A stretch of DNA of 64,000 nucleotides, taken from assembly GCA_951406725.2 (NCBI GenBank), contig OX597821.1, forward strand, positions 91,202,001-91,266,000, written 5' to 3'. The translations under genes and the position numbers were made by a program. The DNA is from Octopus vulgaris. Taxonomy: Eukaryota. Every line of letters starts with the position of its first letter. Positions within the stretch are counted from its first letter, which is position 1. Positions 1 to 15,399 of this stretch are shown in pieces. A model generated the notes under the pieces. It saw nothing but the letters and a program-made list of their open reading frames with translations, did no database searches and was not told where the DNA came from.

Positions 1-64
1 GAGGATGCGTTTGGAAGTTCTCGTTTGAAAATCCCGAAAATTCAAAAATTCATAAGTTTAAAAG

Positions 65-470
<406 letters not shown>

Positions 471-820
471 ATATTTTATACTTTCTTCATACATACAGAT
501 TGTTCATACCAGCACAGTCTTCTCTCATGCAAATCACATCTGATCCTTGATGCATTCGGGTCTCTCTCAATTCTTCTCCAGTGTTCATAATCATAGACAC
601 TAAATATCAAGCGAAACATTCTCATTTAATTTCTTTACAGTTTTCACAAAATTTCCAAATTCATCAGCCATATCTCAGTATCATGTAGCAACACACAAGC
701 ATCTTACAATTTGGATTTCTGTTTGAGCGAGAAGCTCTTAGTTACTAACAGCAATAATACCCCCCTGAACGCTTTCAAACCCGTCCTTACTCATGGATAT
801 AAAGTTTTTTTTTTCCTAAC

Positions 821-919
821 ACCCATACCCAATTTTCTTAAGTCACCAAGATAACAAAAACTGTTAACTATTTCCAGAGACTTCTCGGGTATTTGACAGA
901 ATCTACCACCCGGGTTGTT

Positions 920-952
<33 letters not shown>

Positions 953-1294
953 ACGTGCGTGCATATATCAGCCTACATGAGGTTGAATGTGCGTGTTTTC
1001 ATATGTTTGGGATTGGGTTCCATAATTTAGTTTTTATATACAGACAGCGTTAAAATAATCCTGGAAGCAAAATGATAAGTAAATATCCAAGAAGTATTTC
1101 CGGGTTGACGTTTCACCTAGGCCACAGACAAATGATGGGAACATCTTAAAACATTTTGGGGCATCGATTGCAAGCGCGCACATACACACACACACAAACA
1201 ACCAAGGTGGTAGTTACTGTCAAATACCCGAGCAGTCTCTGGAAATAGTTAACTGTTCTTGTTATTTTGGTGACTTAAGAATATTGGGTATGGT
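821..1294. repeat. Diverged long inverted repeat (arms ~821-930 and ~1180-1294, ~250 bp spacer)
   Basis: CCATACCCAATTTTCTTAAGTCACCAAGATAACAA...TTTGACAG mirrored by CTGTCAAATACCCGAG...TTGGTGACTTAAGAATATTGGGTATGG. Confidence 0.85.
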
Positions 1295-1436
1295 TTTAAT
1301 TGATTTTTTGACCCCATTATTAGCTTTTAAGTCAGACTCATATTTTAACTGTTTTAATTATTTCTGTTTATCGCACTGCTAAGTTACATGACCGGAAACA
1401 CATGAAAACTCGCGTACATATGCGTATATATGTGTT

Positions 1437-1484
<48 letters not shown>

Positions 1485-1485
1485 A

Positions 1486-1768
1486 ACCGACCAGGCTATC
1501 AGATGTTGCTACACATCGCTGGTCACAGTGCGCGTATCACATTGTTTTAGCCTTCAAATGTCGCCATCCCGCTGGCTAAGCGAGCAAGCCAACAGAAGAA
1601 AGAGTGAGAATAAGTTTTGGCGAAAGAGTACAGCAGGAATCGCCACCACACACTGCCAAGCCTCGTGGAGCTTTAGGTGTTTTCACTCAATAAACACGGT
1701 CTGGGAATCGAAACCGTGATCATACGACCGCGAGTCCGCTGCCCTAACCACTGGGCCATTGCGCCTCC
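1486..1768 (-). mobile_element. tRNA-derived SINE, family C (tRNA-Arg-like head)
   Basis: Minus strand begins GGAGGCGCAATGGCCCAGTGGTTAGGGCAGCGGACTCGCGG...GTTTCGATTCCC (box A/B); same family at 32951 and 34706. Confidence 0.85.
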
Positions 1769-1791
1769 ACACACACACACACATACACACA

Positions 1792-1839
<48 letters not shown>

Positions 1840-2242
1840 CACACATATATATACACACATGCATGTATGTATGTATGTATATATGTATATGTATAAATGC
1901 ACATACACGCACATATATTTATGCACACATACACACATATAGACACACACACACACATGTATATATATATATATAATTATATATGTGTATATATCTATAT
2001 ATAGAGAGAGAGACAGACAGACAGATAGACAGACAGAAGGGGTTTCCATACCAAAAGACAATCTTTTTCTCCAACTTCATATGACTGTTGTATTAGGACA
2101 TGGAATACCACGTCATTTACTATTTACCTTGAGAGAACTTTGCAAATGGACTCGTGGTTCATAAAAGCATTTGCAACATGAGTTTCTTAAATTCTATATA
2201 TCATTAACATGGAGATTTGGCTGTCATGTCGCAACCGGACAT

Positions 2243-2289
2243 CTAACACTGATGAGCCAAAACAGAGCGAAATTACGTGATCTAGTGTT
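2243..2289 (+). ncRNA. Degenerate type-I hammerhead ribozyme motif
   Basis: CTGATGA-GC..GC-GAAA-TTACGTGA-TC; near-palindromic stem III but stem I out of register. Confidence 0.45.
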
Positions 2290-5200
2290 CCAGTTGCGCA
2301 CTTTTAAATGGCTTAGCTAGCTGTATAAATGTCTCGTGACACTCAAATAGCCGAAGGCACATAACCTTTCCACAACTGGAGGCAGGAAAACGTCATAGTT
2401 CTGTAAACAAAAAAATATGCATCTGGAATGTGCTTGATAATTCTTAAATATTTTTCTGTTCTATTTTTTCTTATATATTGATTCTAATGCCTTGAAATAG
2501 AACAGGGCAACGGTGAAAAAAATATGCAAGAGTGCAATATATCTCTGACAAAATTTCATTATACACACACGCATGTAGACATACATGTGTATGTATGTAT
2601 GTATGTATATATGCATGTATGTATATGTATATATATATTATACATATATTTATGCCCATACACATATCTTGAAACAAATCAGAAACACATGTATATAATG
2701 TGCACACGCATAAATATATAAAAAAATATATATATGTGTGTATGTGAATGTGTATAAATACACATATCGTTGCTATTATGTTAAACTGTCGCATGTCCAA
2801 ATTTGGCCGAATTTCATTATTTATTTTTGCTTGCAGTAACCGGTTCCTTTGCTCAAACTATCGTATCTCCAAATGTTTCAGATGCCAAAAATTGTCAAAG
2901 CGTTGTACAACGGATTTGCTATGGAATAGTGAAAATATTTATTCGTTTTCTGAAAAAGCAACGTTTTGGACTTACGATACTTTTGCATAATGACAACGAG
3001 GCTATTTACGCTCACAATTATAATGACACACGTGCACACATGCCCAGGTGCACACGAGCACAAGCGCACACACGCATTTAGAATATATTTTCATACCACC
3101 AATATGCTATTTACAGTTACTGCTACCATTGATGCAACGTTTTTATTCTTATTGTTGTAGATGGTTGTAGATGTTGATTCTTCGTAAGTGGGGAGAAATC
3201 TTATTCGTTTAATATTTTAAGCACAGTTAAAGCTTAAGGCTAGCATTTACGAGCTTCACTAACCATATAAACATATATAATTATGAGTGTATGTGTCTAT
3301 ATACATATATATCTACATATCTACATATATACATACGTTCATACGTATATATTTATACATACACACACACATACACACATATATATGTGCAGACAATAGT
3401 TGAGAGCTGGATATGCTCAGTATAGGAAACACAATAGTGCTCAAAAGGATTTAAACATAAACTCCGAATTCTTCGTTCAAGGCAAGCCCAGTGCCATCAA
3501 GAATGGATATAAGAGAAATCCAAATCGAGCTGATATGGATATGGAGATAGTAATGTTTATCTCAATTAATAACTCTCTCTCTCCTACTTTTTATGTATAT
3601 ATATGTGTGTATGTATGTATATAAAAATCTGGAATTTTGCGATGGCATATATTTACAGAAAATATGATATACTTCCAAACAGTATGAAGCATTTCCTCGT
3701 TCTCTTTGTATAATATATTATTATTATTGTTGTTGTTGCTGTTGTTATCATCATCATCATCTTTTTTGCTGTGGACTAGTCCAGACATACTTTTGAACAC
3801 GCTACGTGAGTCTCGGTTATAACTGTTGATTTGTTATCCTTTGCTATCCTTTTATGCGACAAACTTTCGGAGAAAACCAATAAGAACACCATGATTTCTT
3901 GGCTGGTGTTCCGTGTTTGTTCTTAACCCGTAAGGGGCAATATTTCATCTTCATAAAACTCCCGTGTAATATAAAATCAACACATATACAAAATGGCGTC
4001 AATAGCTCCATCGTATGAGCATCGAGGATAAAAAACCATTCCTCGCAACAGCCTTCCTAAAGATGAAGGCTTTCTTCTTACACCTCCGACGTCACTAATT
4101 CCCCTAAAAGACGATGAGCCGAAGGGTGATAGTGGTGGCAGCGGCAACAACATCTACAACACCAATACCAGCCGCCGCCAGCAACGACAAAATCCTGTAG
4201 GAAGACAAGAAACGTGCAACAACACAGAGAAACTCAGCCGCAGCAAAATCGCCACCACAACGTTCACCAGTAGTAGCAAGAATATAATTAACAGAGATAG
4301 TGTAAACAGCAGCAAATACAGCAGCGAAACTACCACCACTATAGGCAACAGCAAAACCACCAACACCGCATCCACTGCAACAGCAACAAACTGCAATAAA
4401 TACAAAAGAAAAAAGACATGGTGAACAGCAAAAACAACGCCGAGGACAACATGAAAAATGACACCAGAGAAAAAAAAGCAACGACACTACCAACAACAAC
4501 AACATCAACAAAACAGCAATAATAAAACCAGTGGAAAACTTAACGGCGTCAGGAACAACAAATCAAGAAGCCTTTAGGCGTTGCTAGCGCGAAAAAAGAA
4601 ATGTTTCCAGTAGCTCTGGTTGGGGAATTAAGGAATTGGATAAGCAAAACAAATTATTAAATTTGAATGAGTAATGCAGCAGAACTTGGGCCACCTGAAA
4701 ACATGTAAAAACTAGAAAAGGGAACAGTTTATTACAGACGTGTCTCACGACAGAGCTGTAGTGCCGGACTGGTCACAATCACTTGAGTATAGAAGTCTCT
4801 GAAGGACAATATGGAAGATGAGATCCATATGCAAGGGCGGAGACAGTTTGCCATTATCGAAGTCCTCTTCAAAAGTGAGGGCTTCACGTGAAAACATTCG
4901 GTGACATCCCGTTGGAATGAGAAGTGTGTCTTGTATCCGACATAGCTCTCAAAAAGAACCGTTATGCTAAGGATATCAGGTATTCCGCCTGGCGTGAAGA
5001 CCTGGATGGTCGTAGCCTGCGTGGTATAAGAGGATCTGGAGATACACCTTGGGGGTCAGACTAAGCAGCAAGGAGCACTAGTAAGGGATAAACATATATA
5101 TCCTGCTTCATGTGAATCCCGAACACATAGAAAATGCGACGTTTGAGCCTTCTAGCCCCAAAAGATAGGAAACACGAAGCCATTCTTACTACCTATACTC

Positions 5201-5354
5201 CCTCAACAACAGTAGCAACCAGCGCAATATATCACAGTTAAAACCACATCTTCAACAACAACGGAGACAACTGGAACACCTAAATTACCGTCAACTACTA
5301 ATACAACAGCAACACCAACAATTGCACGAGTAGCTGCGAAACCAGTAAGACCAT

Positions 5355-5728
5355 CAGGAGTGGCTGTGTGGTAAGTAGCTTGCTAACCAACCACATGGTT
5401 CCGGGTTCAGTCCCACTGCGTGGCATCTTGGGCGTCTTCTACTATAGCCCCGGGCCGACCAATGCTGAAAGAATCCCGTCGTATATATGTATATATATAT
5501 ATGTGTTTGTGTGTATATGTTTGTGTGTCTGTGTTTGTCCCCCTAGCATTGCTTGACAACCGATGCTGGTGTGTTTACGTTCCCGTCACTTAGCGGTTCG
5601 GCAAAAAGAGACCGATAGAATAAGTACTGGGCTTACAAAAGAATAAGTCCCAGGGTCGAGTTGCTCGATTAAAAGGTGGTGCTCCAGCATGGCCGCAGTC
5701 AAATGACTGAAACAAGTAAAAGAGAGTA
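5355..5728 (+). mobile_element. tRNA-derived SINE, family A
   Basis: GGAGTGGCTGTGTGGTAAG...GGTTCAGTCCC head, internal (TA)/(TG) tract, tail GACTGAAACAAGTAAAAGAG; multiple copies in window. Confidence 0.9.
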
Positions 5729-6254
5729 TACGACATTAACAAAAGCAACTGAGACAGCAATAGCCCTAGTAACTCCGGCATCACCATCACCTCCAGCAGC
5801 AACAAGAAAAGTGGAAAGAATCACATAGGACGCCTCTGGAACCAGCTCTCTCTCTCTCACTCTCAAACACTTATTCACAGATGATAGTACTCTTATTTAT
5901 ATGTTTTTCTATGATTTTTTATATTCAGGCATATGCATGTTGGTTTCATTAACTAGTTTCATTCACACTCGCATGCACTCAAGTTCGGTCCCAATGCATG
6001 GAACGTTAGAGAAGTATCTTTATTCTAACCTCAGGTCAGCCAATATCTTGTGAGTTCAAACATTTTGTAACCCCCATATTTCAAGAGCTCTGCACAGATT
6101 CCATCAGACTCTGGAAACTTATTGTTATACAGCTTATTCACAGCAAAAATAAATGTCATTTAGAATAGATTCAAATACCATCTCCTCTATAACTGGAAGG
6201 TGTTCAATTTTTTATATCATCCTCATGCACTTACCTGCAGCACTTGGTGGTCCA

Positions 6255-6392
6255 AATCGGATATGTAATCTCTGTGGGTGTCTTTTCAATACGCTGTCTG
6301 GTTTAAAAAGCCACACCAGACGCCATGATGAGATCTAAGATGTAGGTACAGGAGGTGGTCAGACTCTTCATATGGAATAGAAAACCACCATA
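6255..6392 (+). mobile_element. LINE (RTE-like) 3' end encoding terminal C2H2 finger
   Basis: CNLCGCLFNTLSGLKSHTRRH-stop, short UTR, then (TG)n; homologous copy at 44530-44665 (-). Confidence 0.6.
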
Positions 6393-6400
6393 TGTGTGTG

Positions 6401-6433
<33 letters not shown>

Positions 6434-7729
6434 ATGTGTGTGTGTGTGTGCGTGTGTGTGTGTGTATAAATGGACAGATACATCCACGCACATTTATAGA
6501 TATATAAATAAATAAATATACCCACACACATATATATACATACATGCATACATATGACAGACCTTAGGCAAGTATCTTTACCATAGATTCGGGTCAATCA
6601 ATATCATGTGGACGTATTACGTAGACAGCACGTTTGTGTGTTCGAGAGAGAGAGAGAGGATAGAAGAGAGAGAACTATCTGTAATCGGATGAGTGCTTAC
6701 ATTCAGTGCCCTCTAGAAAATTGCTGAGCCACGGACGGTGACCTTCATTGATATTTCCTTGACCACAAATCAACTGGTAGCTTTCTTCTTTCAAAAATGA
6801 GTAAAATAAAAATGTGTCTTTATAACTGATAAAAAATATTAACTCAAATATCAGTTATATAGTTGCATTGTTACTTACATTAGCCTCTACTTCATTGTGA
6901 TACCTATTTACAGCTAAAAGAACCACAAGCTAAGTTTCTCAGTATTGAATGCAATACAAGTGTATAGAATACAACACATTATCTATTTAACAGGTAAGCT
7001 ACAATATTGGACAGTTCTGTATTGTGTACCAAAGTATTACTATATAAATTGCTGTACTGGTGTAAATAATCCTAATGCATTTAAAATTAAAAGTGCTTTT
7101 CTCAAATGCTAAGTAAAAGCACAAATTAAAATAGAAAAATAGATATTGAAAATTGATTAATATAGTTCTGATCAGCTTTAAAGGTGCCATTAATCTATAG
7201 CAATCTTATATTGCTGAAATAATTACCTATGTTCATGTTATTGCCAAATGCTGTACAGTCGTAAATTAAATTTCCATAAGAACAGTTTCGATAGAACTCC
7301 TCATGGGAAGATTTAAATTTGAAAGCGAATTAAATAAAATTAACCTTACCATATTTGATTCAGTGCTTTCTAAATCACTTTTCCTATAATTACATCTCAG
7401 CTCTCATATCTTATATATTTAACACTTAGGAGTTATCAGAATCAGGAAACAAATATTTCGATTTCTGATACTAATTCAAAAATCAAAATTCTTTTAAATT
7501 TACCTCGATGCATTTCATGCTAACATAATCAAATATACTTTCGCCATTTGTTTCTGATAATTCTGGTTACTGTAATAAGCTGAGCAATCTTAACTATAAG
7601 TTCGATAATCATTGTTTTGAGCTCTGGAGGTAGTGAAAATCATGGAATTCCAATTGAACGGAACAAGTTAGAACTCACGTTTAAGTATATGAGTGAAAGA
7701 CAGATGAAAGTAAATGTCTATTTAATTGC

Positions 7730-7960
7730 TTAACCCTTTTACTACACATATTACTGTTTAAATACATCGCTTTTATATCAATTAACTTTGAAAATAAAGA
7801 AAATTTAGTAGAATAACATTGTAAGTGTTATGTTGACGATTGTAACATAAATGAAATGAAATTTTGCAGTCTTTTTCTTATATTTAAAGCACTTTAAAAC
7901 AGGAAGTTTGTATCATAGAACCAAGGGTGGTATAAGATATTTTGGTATTGCAAGAGTTAA
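7730..7960. mobile_element. TTAA-flanked piggyBac-type MITE (degenerate)
   Basis: TTAACCCTTT...CAAGAGTTAA ends. Confidence 0.5.
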
Positions 7961-9463
7961 ACTAATGAGTTCCTCAACAAATCTCCAGCTATCAACGAAA
8001 ATAAAGTGAAAACCACTTCAACCTGAAAGAATTGACAAAGGAATTAACAGATTTCTGTCTTCAAAACAGTGACATCTGCACCTAATGAAGGGAAATACAT
8101 GTTTTTAAAAATTACAACTAATTTATTAATTATGCTAAAATTGTAAGAATAAAAAAAAATTAACTCGATGACTAATATTATTTTAATGTTAACTCGTATG
8201 TCTGACAATTCTCCAAAGAACTTAAGGTGGAGTCTAGAATTGAGGAGACATGTGAGGTCTGTAACAATTAAAACCAAAAGATTAGCTCATTAAATATTGA
8301 TAAGAAGGGAAAATCTAGAGCTAAGTCGATAATTTTCCTTTACTTTCTGTTGAAGAGCAAAGCCTAGAGTTTTCTTTTTACTAGAAGAAAAATAGATGTA
8401 GATCAGTCTATCGTGTTTGAGATACGATGGCACTGTCAAACTAAGACAAATTCGGTGATGTACATTCTTTTACTTGCTACTGATATTGTGTTTTTGACCA
8501 TCCGGGTATATCACCTTCAGAGCTATTAGTTAATTCCCACAATTGTCGATGTACAAAACGCACCTCCATTTTACAAACATATTTTGTGGATAACAGTTTA
8601 CTATGTATCTTCATATTCTTATTGAAACATATTTCAAAGCGGTTTTATTCATAAAAATGTATGATTCCGGACATGTAAATACAAAAACTGTGACAATATA
8701 TGAAATAAAGTTTGAAATCATAAATTCATTATCAATAAACTACGTTATGCGTGTATGCATTTCAATTGTAATTTCTTTTACAACAACTATATATTTGTTT
8801 ATATTTTGGTTAAGAGAATTGTCGTGTATGTTTGGCTGGGACATTTTAGGTTAACATGATCAGCCACTTGTATGATGCCCTTCTGTTACAATTTTACAGC
8901 TTCGTTCTCATCCACTTATTGCAAATAGCTGAGAGGTAGATGAAAGTTTAACACCGTTTTTACTTGTCTGGGAGAGTTTTTACTTGTCTGATTTCCAGCT
9001 TGCAAGAACATTGGTTATTGTCAAGTTAAATAAGTTAAATTCAAGGCTTTTTCTTTCCAGTATTTGCTTCTACACCTGGAATTTCTTTGTTAATTTTGCC
9101 ACGGAATCTGCTCTAAAAACAAGATCTTTAACATATTCTGGTTTCCAAGGGCAACTGGTTTGAAATTCCTCTCTTATGCCATGAAGAACTATAATAAACA
9201 GGATGGGATTGTTAGCTGCACTCTAAAGTCCTTGCTGTAATCATTACTAATTATCACCTTACTAACATTCCTCTGAACATAGCTTGAACATTTCTGACAA
9301 GTCATTCTTCAAAACCTAGCTTCCGCAGCAACCACAAGATTAGAGAGTGAGGTTTCCTGGTGAAGGATCGCGAAAATTAATACGAGTTAAGTACTGGGGT
9401 CGATGTAATCGACGAGCTCCCTACCCCTACCTTTCAGACATTGCGCTTATAATAAAAAGGATT

Positions 9464-9522
<59 letters not shown>

Positions 9523-9528
9523 CATCAT

Positions 9529-9642
<114 letters not shown>

Positions 9643-9655
9643 TATTATTATTATT

Positions 9656-11025
9656 GCATTTGCACAACTTTTAACGCTGGAGATGTACTACGGTGTCAGC
9701 CGTTCACTACCAGTGAACTAAGGTAACACCTCTTATTTTTCGAGCACCTTTCGGAGTATTCGAGTGGTTCCAAGCAGTGTTGTTTTCTGCAAGTGCTCTA
9801 CCCTTATTGCAGACCCTATTTGTTCCATGTACTTCTCGAGATTTTTACACACTGATCCCAGGGCTCCGATAATTATTGGTTCATCTTGTTCATTGACCAC
9901 AACTGCTTAACCTCCCAAGCTAACTAGTCATATCTCTCGACTTTTCTTTCTTCCTTATTGCATACATTGTTGTCAGCTGGGCACGCTATATCTATGATCC
10001 AGCATAGTTTACTTTCTTTCTCAATTAGGACTATGTCTGGTTTCCTATTCTCTATCTCATGGTCACACTGAATCATAAAACCCTACATGATCTTTGCATT
10101 ATCATTTTCGATGATGCCTTCGGGTTTCTGGCCGTACCAATTTTTTCTCTGTCATGTCCATAGTTATTGCAAAGTGTCCAATGGACAAGCCTTGCTATAT
10201 TGTCGTGGCGTCTGTTATATTCCTTCTGGAATAGTGGCGTACATTGGCTGGTTATATGCCATACAGTTTCACCATTTTGTCCACGGATTCTGCACTTATT
10301 TTCTGCTGTGTTTTCTACTCTGTATTTTATGTAGTTTGTTCTTAGTGCTTGCTCTTTGGCAACACAGATTAGAGCCTCCGTTTCCGGTTTTAGATCACTT
10401 TTAGCCATCCACAGCCATTTTTTTTTCTGTCTGCCTTATTTTCAACATCCCTCTGAAATTGTCCATGCATTCTTTTCTTTTCCCACCTATTTTCAGTTCC
10501 ATTTGTTTTCAATTGCTTGTACAGTGCTTTATCTTTGCAATCTTACGCAAGCCTGACCTTTTTCTAGTAATAGCGGTTCTGTGGCATTTTTACATACCAT
10601 GCTATGTTCTTTCCATCTGCTCTAATGCTGTGTTCGCATCCAATAAGTCCTCTTCGCCCTCTTTTTCTTGGTACATATAGTGTGTCTGTGTCACTTTTTG
10701 GGTGGAGTGTCCCACATCTAGTTAGCAACTTCCTTGTCTTTCTGTCTAAGCTGTTTGGTTCGTCTACTGTCCATGCGATTACCCCTGCTCCATATCTAAG
10801 GAGTGAAACCGCCCAGGTGTTGATGGCTTCAATCGCAATCCGTCCGTTTAATTTCAACTTAAGTTTCAGTTTCAGTCTGCGCAAGAACTCCACCTTGAAT
10901 TTTTCTGTCATTTCTTTCTCCATCAATTTATCTATTTCCAAAATCAACAAGTACTTATAGCCCATCTTTTCTATCTGCTTCATAACCCCCCACCCGACGG
11001 TATCGATAGCCCGTCCATACATTTC

Positions 11026-11027
<2 letters not shown>
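9656..11027 (-). pseudogene. 5'-truncated R4/Dong-like non-LTR retrotransposon (RT C-terminus, zinc knuckle, restriction-like endonuclease), frameshifted
   Basis: YKYL..LE, AINTWAVSLLRYGAG, LHPKSD..LYVPRKRG.RGL, ETEALIC...QALRTN, ETVWHITSQC, RRHD, RKPDIVL...IDIACPAD; both ends abut (TAA)n. Confidence 0.92.
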
Positions 11028-11093
<66 letters not shown>

Positions 11094-11172
11094 TATGTTT
11101 GACTTTTGCTTTATGTTTGTACAAGTTGGCTCCAAGTCTCACCCGGAGACCTCAAGAGACAACAGGTTGGAA

Positions 11173-11207
<35 letters not shown>

Positions 11208-11224
11208 CATTATTATTATTACTA

Positions 11225-11258
<34 letters not shown>

Positions 11259-11302
11259 CATTATTATTATTACTATTATTATTATTATTATTATTATTGT
11301 TG

Positions 11303-11912
<610 letters not shown>

Positions 11913-12600
11913 AACCTGACAGCAAAACAGACATTTTAGAGTACTATACTAGAAATTCTAGCCTTTTGTTACTGTCCATAAAATCCCAAGTTCAAACCTT
12001 GCTGGCATCATCTTTTAATTTTATTTCCTACTTTCCTACACAATCAGTAATATAAGTATCAATTAAATAGTAAAATCAATGCACATAACTATAACTTTCG
12101 TCTACGACTCTTGTAGTCTTGTGCCAATATATGAAATTCTTATCATTTTAATATAATTTATCAATAAATCATTAATTATTTCTGTGATTAGAGTTAACCA
12201 TTAATGAAGTATTCATCTTTCAATTGAGTTTATTGACTTCCTCTAAAGAAATTCCATTTGATCATTTTCTCTGTGGATTAATGAAGAACGCATTGATGAC
12301 TGGAAATTTATTAGTCGATGACTATCTCAGTTTTATCGTAACATTTTATTGGACATTTTAAATGAAAGCTACTGTTATTGTTGTTGCTGTTGTTGTTGTT
12401 TCTGCTTTTGTTTAATTCTTACACAGCACGCCTATCACAACTGGAACAGCAAGGGTGTTGGTGTTCCAGTTGTGAAACTAAACCCTTCTCAAAAACGTGT
12501 ATCGTAGTATTTGCTCATTGGGTGTTTGACTGTTATTTCTATCATGGCAAATGGCTTTTCTTTTGGCTCGTTTCTCAGTTGCTATTATTACTATTCCTCT

Positions 12601-13160
12601 CACGCCGGGTGAGATGCTTAGCGGTATTTCGTCTGTCGTTACTTTCTGAGTTCAAATTCCGCCGAAGTCGACTTTGCCTTTCATCCTTTCGGGGTCGATA
12701 AATTAAGTACTAGTTACGCACTGGGGTCGATGTAATCGATTTAATCCGTTTGTCTGTCCTTGTTTGTCCCTTCTGTGCTTAGCCCCTTGTGGGTAGTAAA
12801 AAAATAGGTATTTCGTCTGCCGATATGTTCTGAGTTCAAATTCCGCCGAGGTCGACTTTGCCTTTCATCCTTTCGGGGTCGATTAAATAAGTACCAGTTA
12901 CGCACTGGGGTCGATGTAATCAACTTAATCCGTTTGTCTGTCCTTGTTTGTCCCCTCTGTGTTTAGCCCCTTGTGGGTAGTAAAGAAATAGGTATTTCGC
13001 CCGTCGCTACGTTCTGAGTTCAAATTCCCCTGAGGTCAAATTCGCCATTCATCCATTCGGGGTCGATAAATTAAATACCAGGACAGTACTGGGGTCGATG
13101 CGATCGACTATCCCCGTCTCCATAAACTCCAGGCTGTATGCCTACAGTAGAAATGGTTAT
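12601..13160 (+). mobile_element. tRNA-derived SINE, family B, with tandemly repeated ~183 bp internal module
   Basis: GGTATTTCG..TTCTGAGTTCAAATTCCGCCGAGGTCGACTTTGCC... module occurs three times. Confidence 0.88.
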
Positions 13161-13339
13161 TGCTATTTACCCCAGATAAGCTCTGAAAGTATTTTAGTTT
13201 TAAACATGCTATACGCATCACAGAGCACGTCATGATGCAAGCTAACGAATACATTCCACTTTAGAGTGTGATTTCTTGGGAATTTCGCTACTATTTCTTG
13301 AAAAATCTATTAAGAACATAGAGGTCATTTCCCAATCGC

Positions 13340-13706
13340 ATTGTTCCGGGTTCGGTCCCACAGCATTGTACCATGGGCAAATAAGTGTTTTCTACTATAA
13401 ATTCGGGCCGACTGAAACCTTGTGAGTGGATTTAGTAAACCGAAACTGAAAGAAGCCCGCCGTATGTATATGTTTTTGTGTGTGTATGTCTTTGTGTCTG
13501 TATGTGTGTGTCGTTGTATCTGTGTTCCGCACGATATCTACTGTTAGTGTGTTTATGTACTCATAACTTAGTGGTTCGGCAAGATTGACCGATAATATAA
13601 GTACAAGGCTTTAGCAATATAAGTACTGGAGTCGATTTGTTCGACAAAATTTCTTCGATGCGGTGCCCCAGCATGGCTATAGTCAGTTGATTGAAATAAG
13701 TAAAAG
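13340..13706 (+). mobile_element. SINE family A, older copy
   Basis: GTTCCGGGTTCGGTCCCA...GAAACTGAAAGAAGCCCG...CCAGCATGGC. Confidence 0.8.
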
Positions 13707-13842
13707 CTAAAATGTACATTTTCGAGGTTTGGATATTGATATTTCCCTGCTTTCGAGAAAATACTGAAAGAATTTTCAGCAACATTCCGCTTACTCAGTT
13801 TTTTCAGCTAGAATACATTTATTGAACTTACTCTATACTGAG

Positions 13843-14322
<480 letters not shown>

Positions 14323-14571
14323 AATGAAGGATAAAATTTTTTTCGAAAAGAATTATTTTCCCCAAAAATTTTATCAATGGCTAGCATATCAAAAAATACC
14401 TTTAACGGTTAAATCTATAAACAATTCATAAATAAGGGCAAACGAAAAAATTTCTAATGCCAGATATGCCGAAAAATTGGACATATTGTCCATTAACCAT
14501 ATAATTTTTTCACAATACGCACACTACTCGAAAAAAGGTCGACAGAAATTTCTTTAAAAATCCATTATTAC

Positions 14572-14629
14572 CATATCGGACCGATTTCAGGGTTAGCTTA
14601 TAACAGCTCTCCCTTCGTCAGTGATACAT
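14572..14629 (-). ncRNA. Type-I hammerhead ribozyme
   Basis: TGTATCA-CTGACGA-AGGG(18 nt)CCCT-GAAA-TCGG-TC-CGATATG. Confidence 0.8.
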
Positions 14630-15123
14630 GTGGCAAAAGAAATAAATGAGATACTTACTCATACCCATGGAAGAAGCGAACACTAAGTCATGAGCACAAT
14701 TAAGTACCCCAAATACATCCAAAATAGAAATACTCCAGCCCGTTCGAGACACGTGCGATTTGAACTGATGCTCTCACAGAGTGAAAGAGTCCGGAAGTGA
14801 ACGCTTAAATTTATATCTAATGAAGGATAAAATTTTTTTCGAAAAAATTCTTTTCCCCCAAAAATTTTATCAATGGCCAGCATATCAAAAAATACCTTTA
14901 AAGGTTAAATCTATAAACAATTCATAAATAAGGGCAAACGAAAAAATTTCTAATGCCAGATATGCCGAAAAATTGGACATATTGTCCATTAACCATATAA
15001 TTTTTTCACAATATGCACGCTACTCGAAAAAAGGTCGACAGAAATTTCTAAATTGTGCTCATGACTTAGTGTTCGCTTCTTCCATGGGTATGAGTAAGTA
15101 TCTCATTTATTTCTTTTGCCACA

Positions 15124-15173
15124 TGTATCACTGACGAAGCTGTTATAAGCTAACCCTGAAATCGGTCCGATAT
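15124..15173 (+). ncRNA. Hammerhead copy with 6-nt deletion in stem II
   Basis: CTGACGA-AGCTGTTATAAGCTAACCCT-GAAA-TCGG-TC; lacks GGAGAG of the 14572 copy. Confidence 0.6.
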
Positions 15174-15319
15174 GGTAATAATGGAATTTTAAAGAAATTT
15201 TTGTCGACCTTTTTTCGAGTAGCGTGCATATTGTGAAAAAATTATATGGTTAATGGACAATATGTCCAATTTTTCGGCATATCTGGCATTAGAAATTTTT
15301 TCGTTTGCCCTTATTTATG

Positions 15320-15394
<75 letters not shown>

Positions 15395-15399
<5 letters not shown>

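Noticed and set aside
6153-6338. C2H2 zinc-finger gene exon
   Set aside because: Single finger followed by stop, UTR and microsatellite, and repeated at 44.6 kb: a LINE 3' end
6985-7000. AACAG|GTAAG recursive-splice-like site
   Set aside because: Weak pyrimidine tract, expected by chance, no gene context
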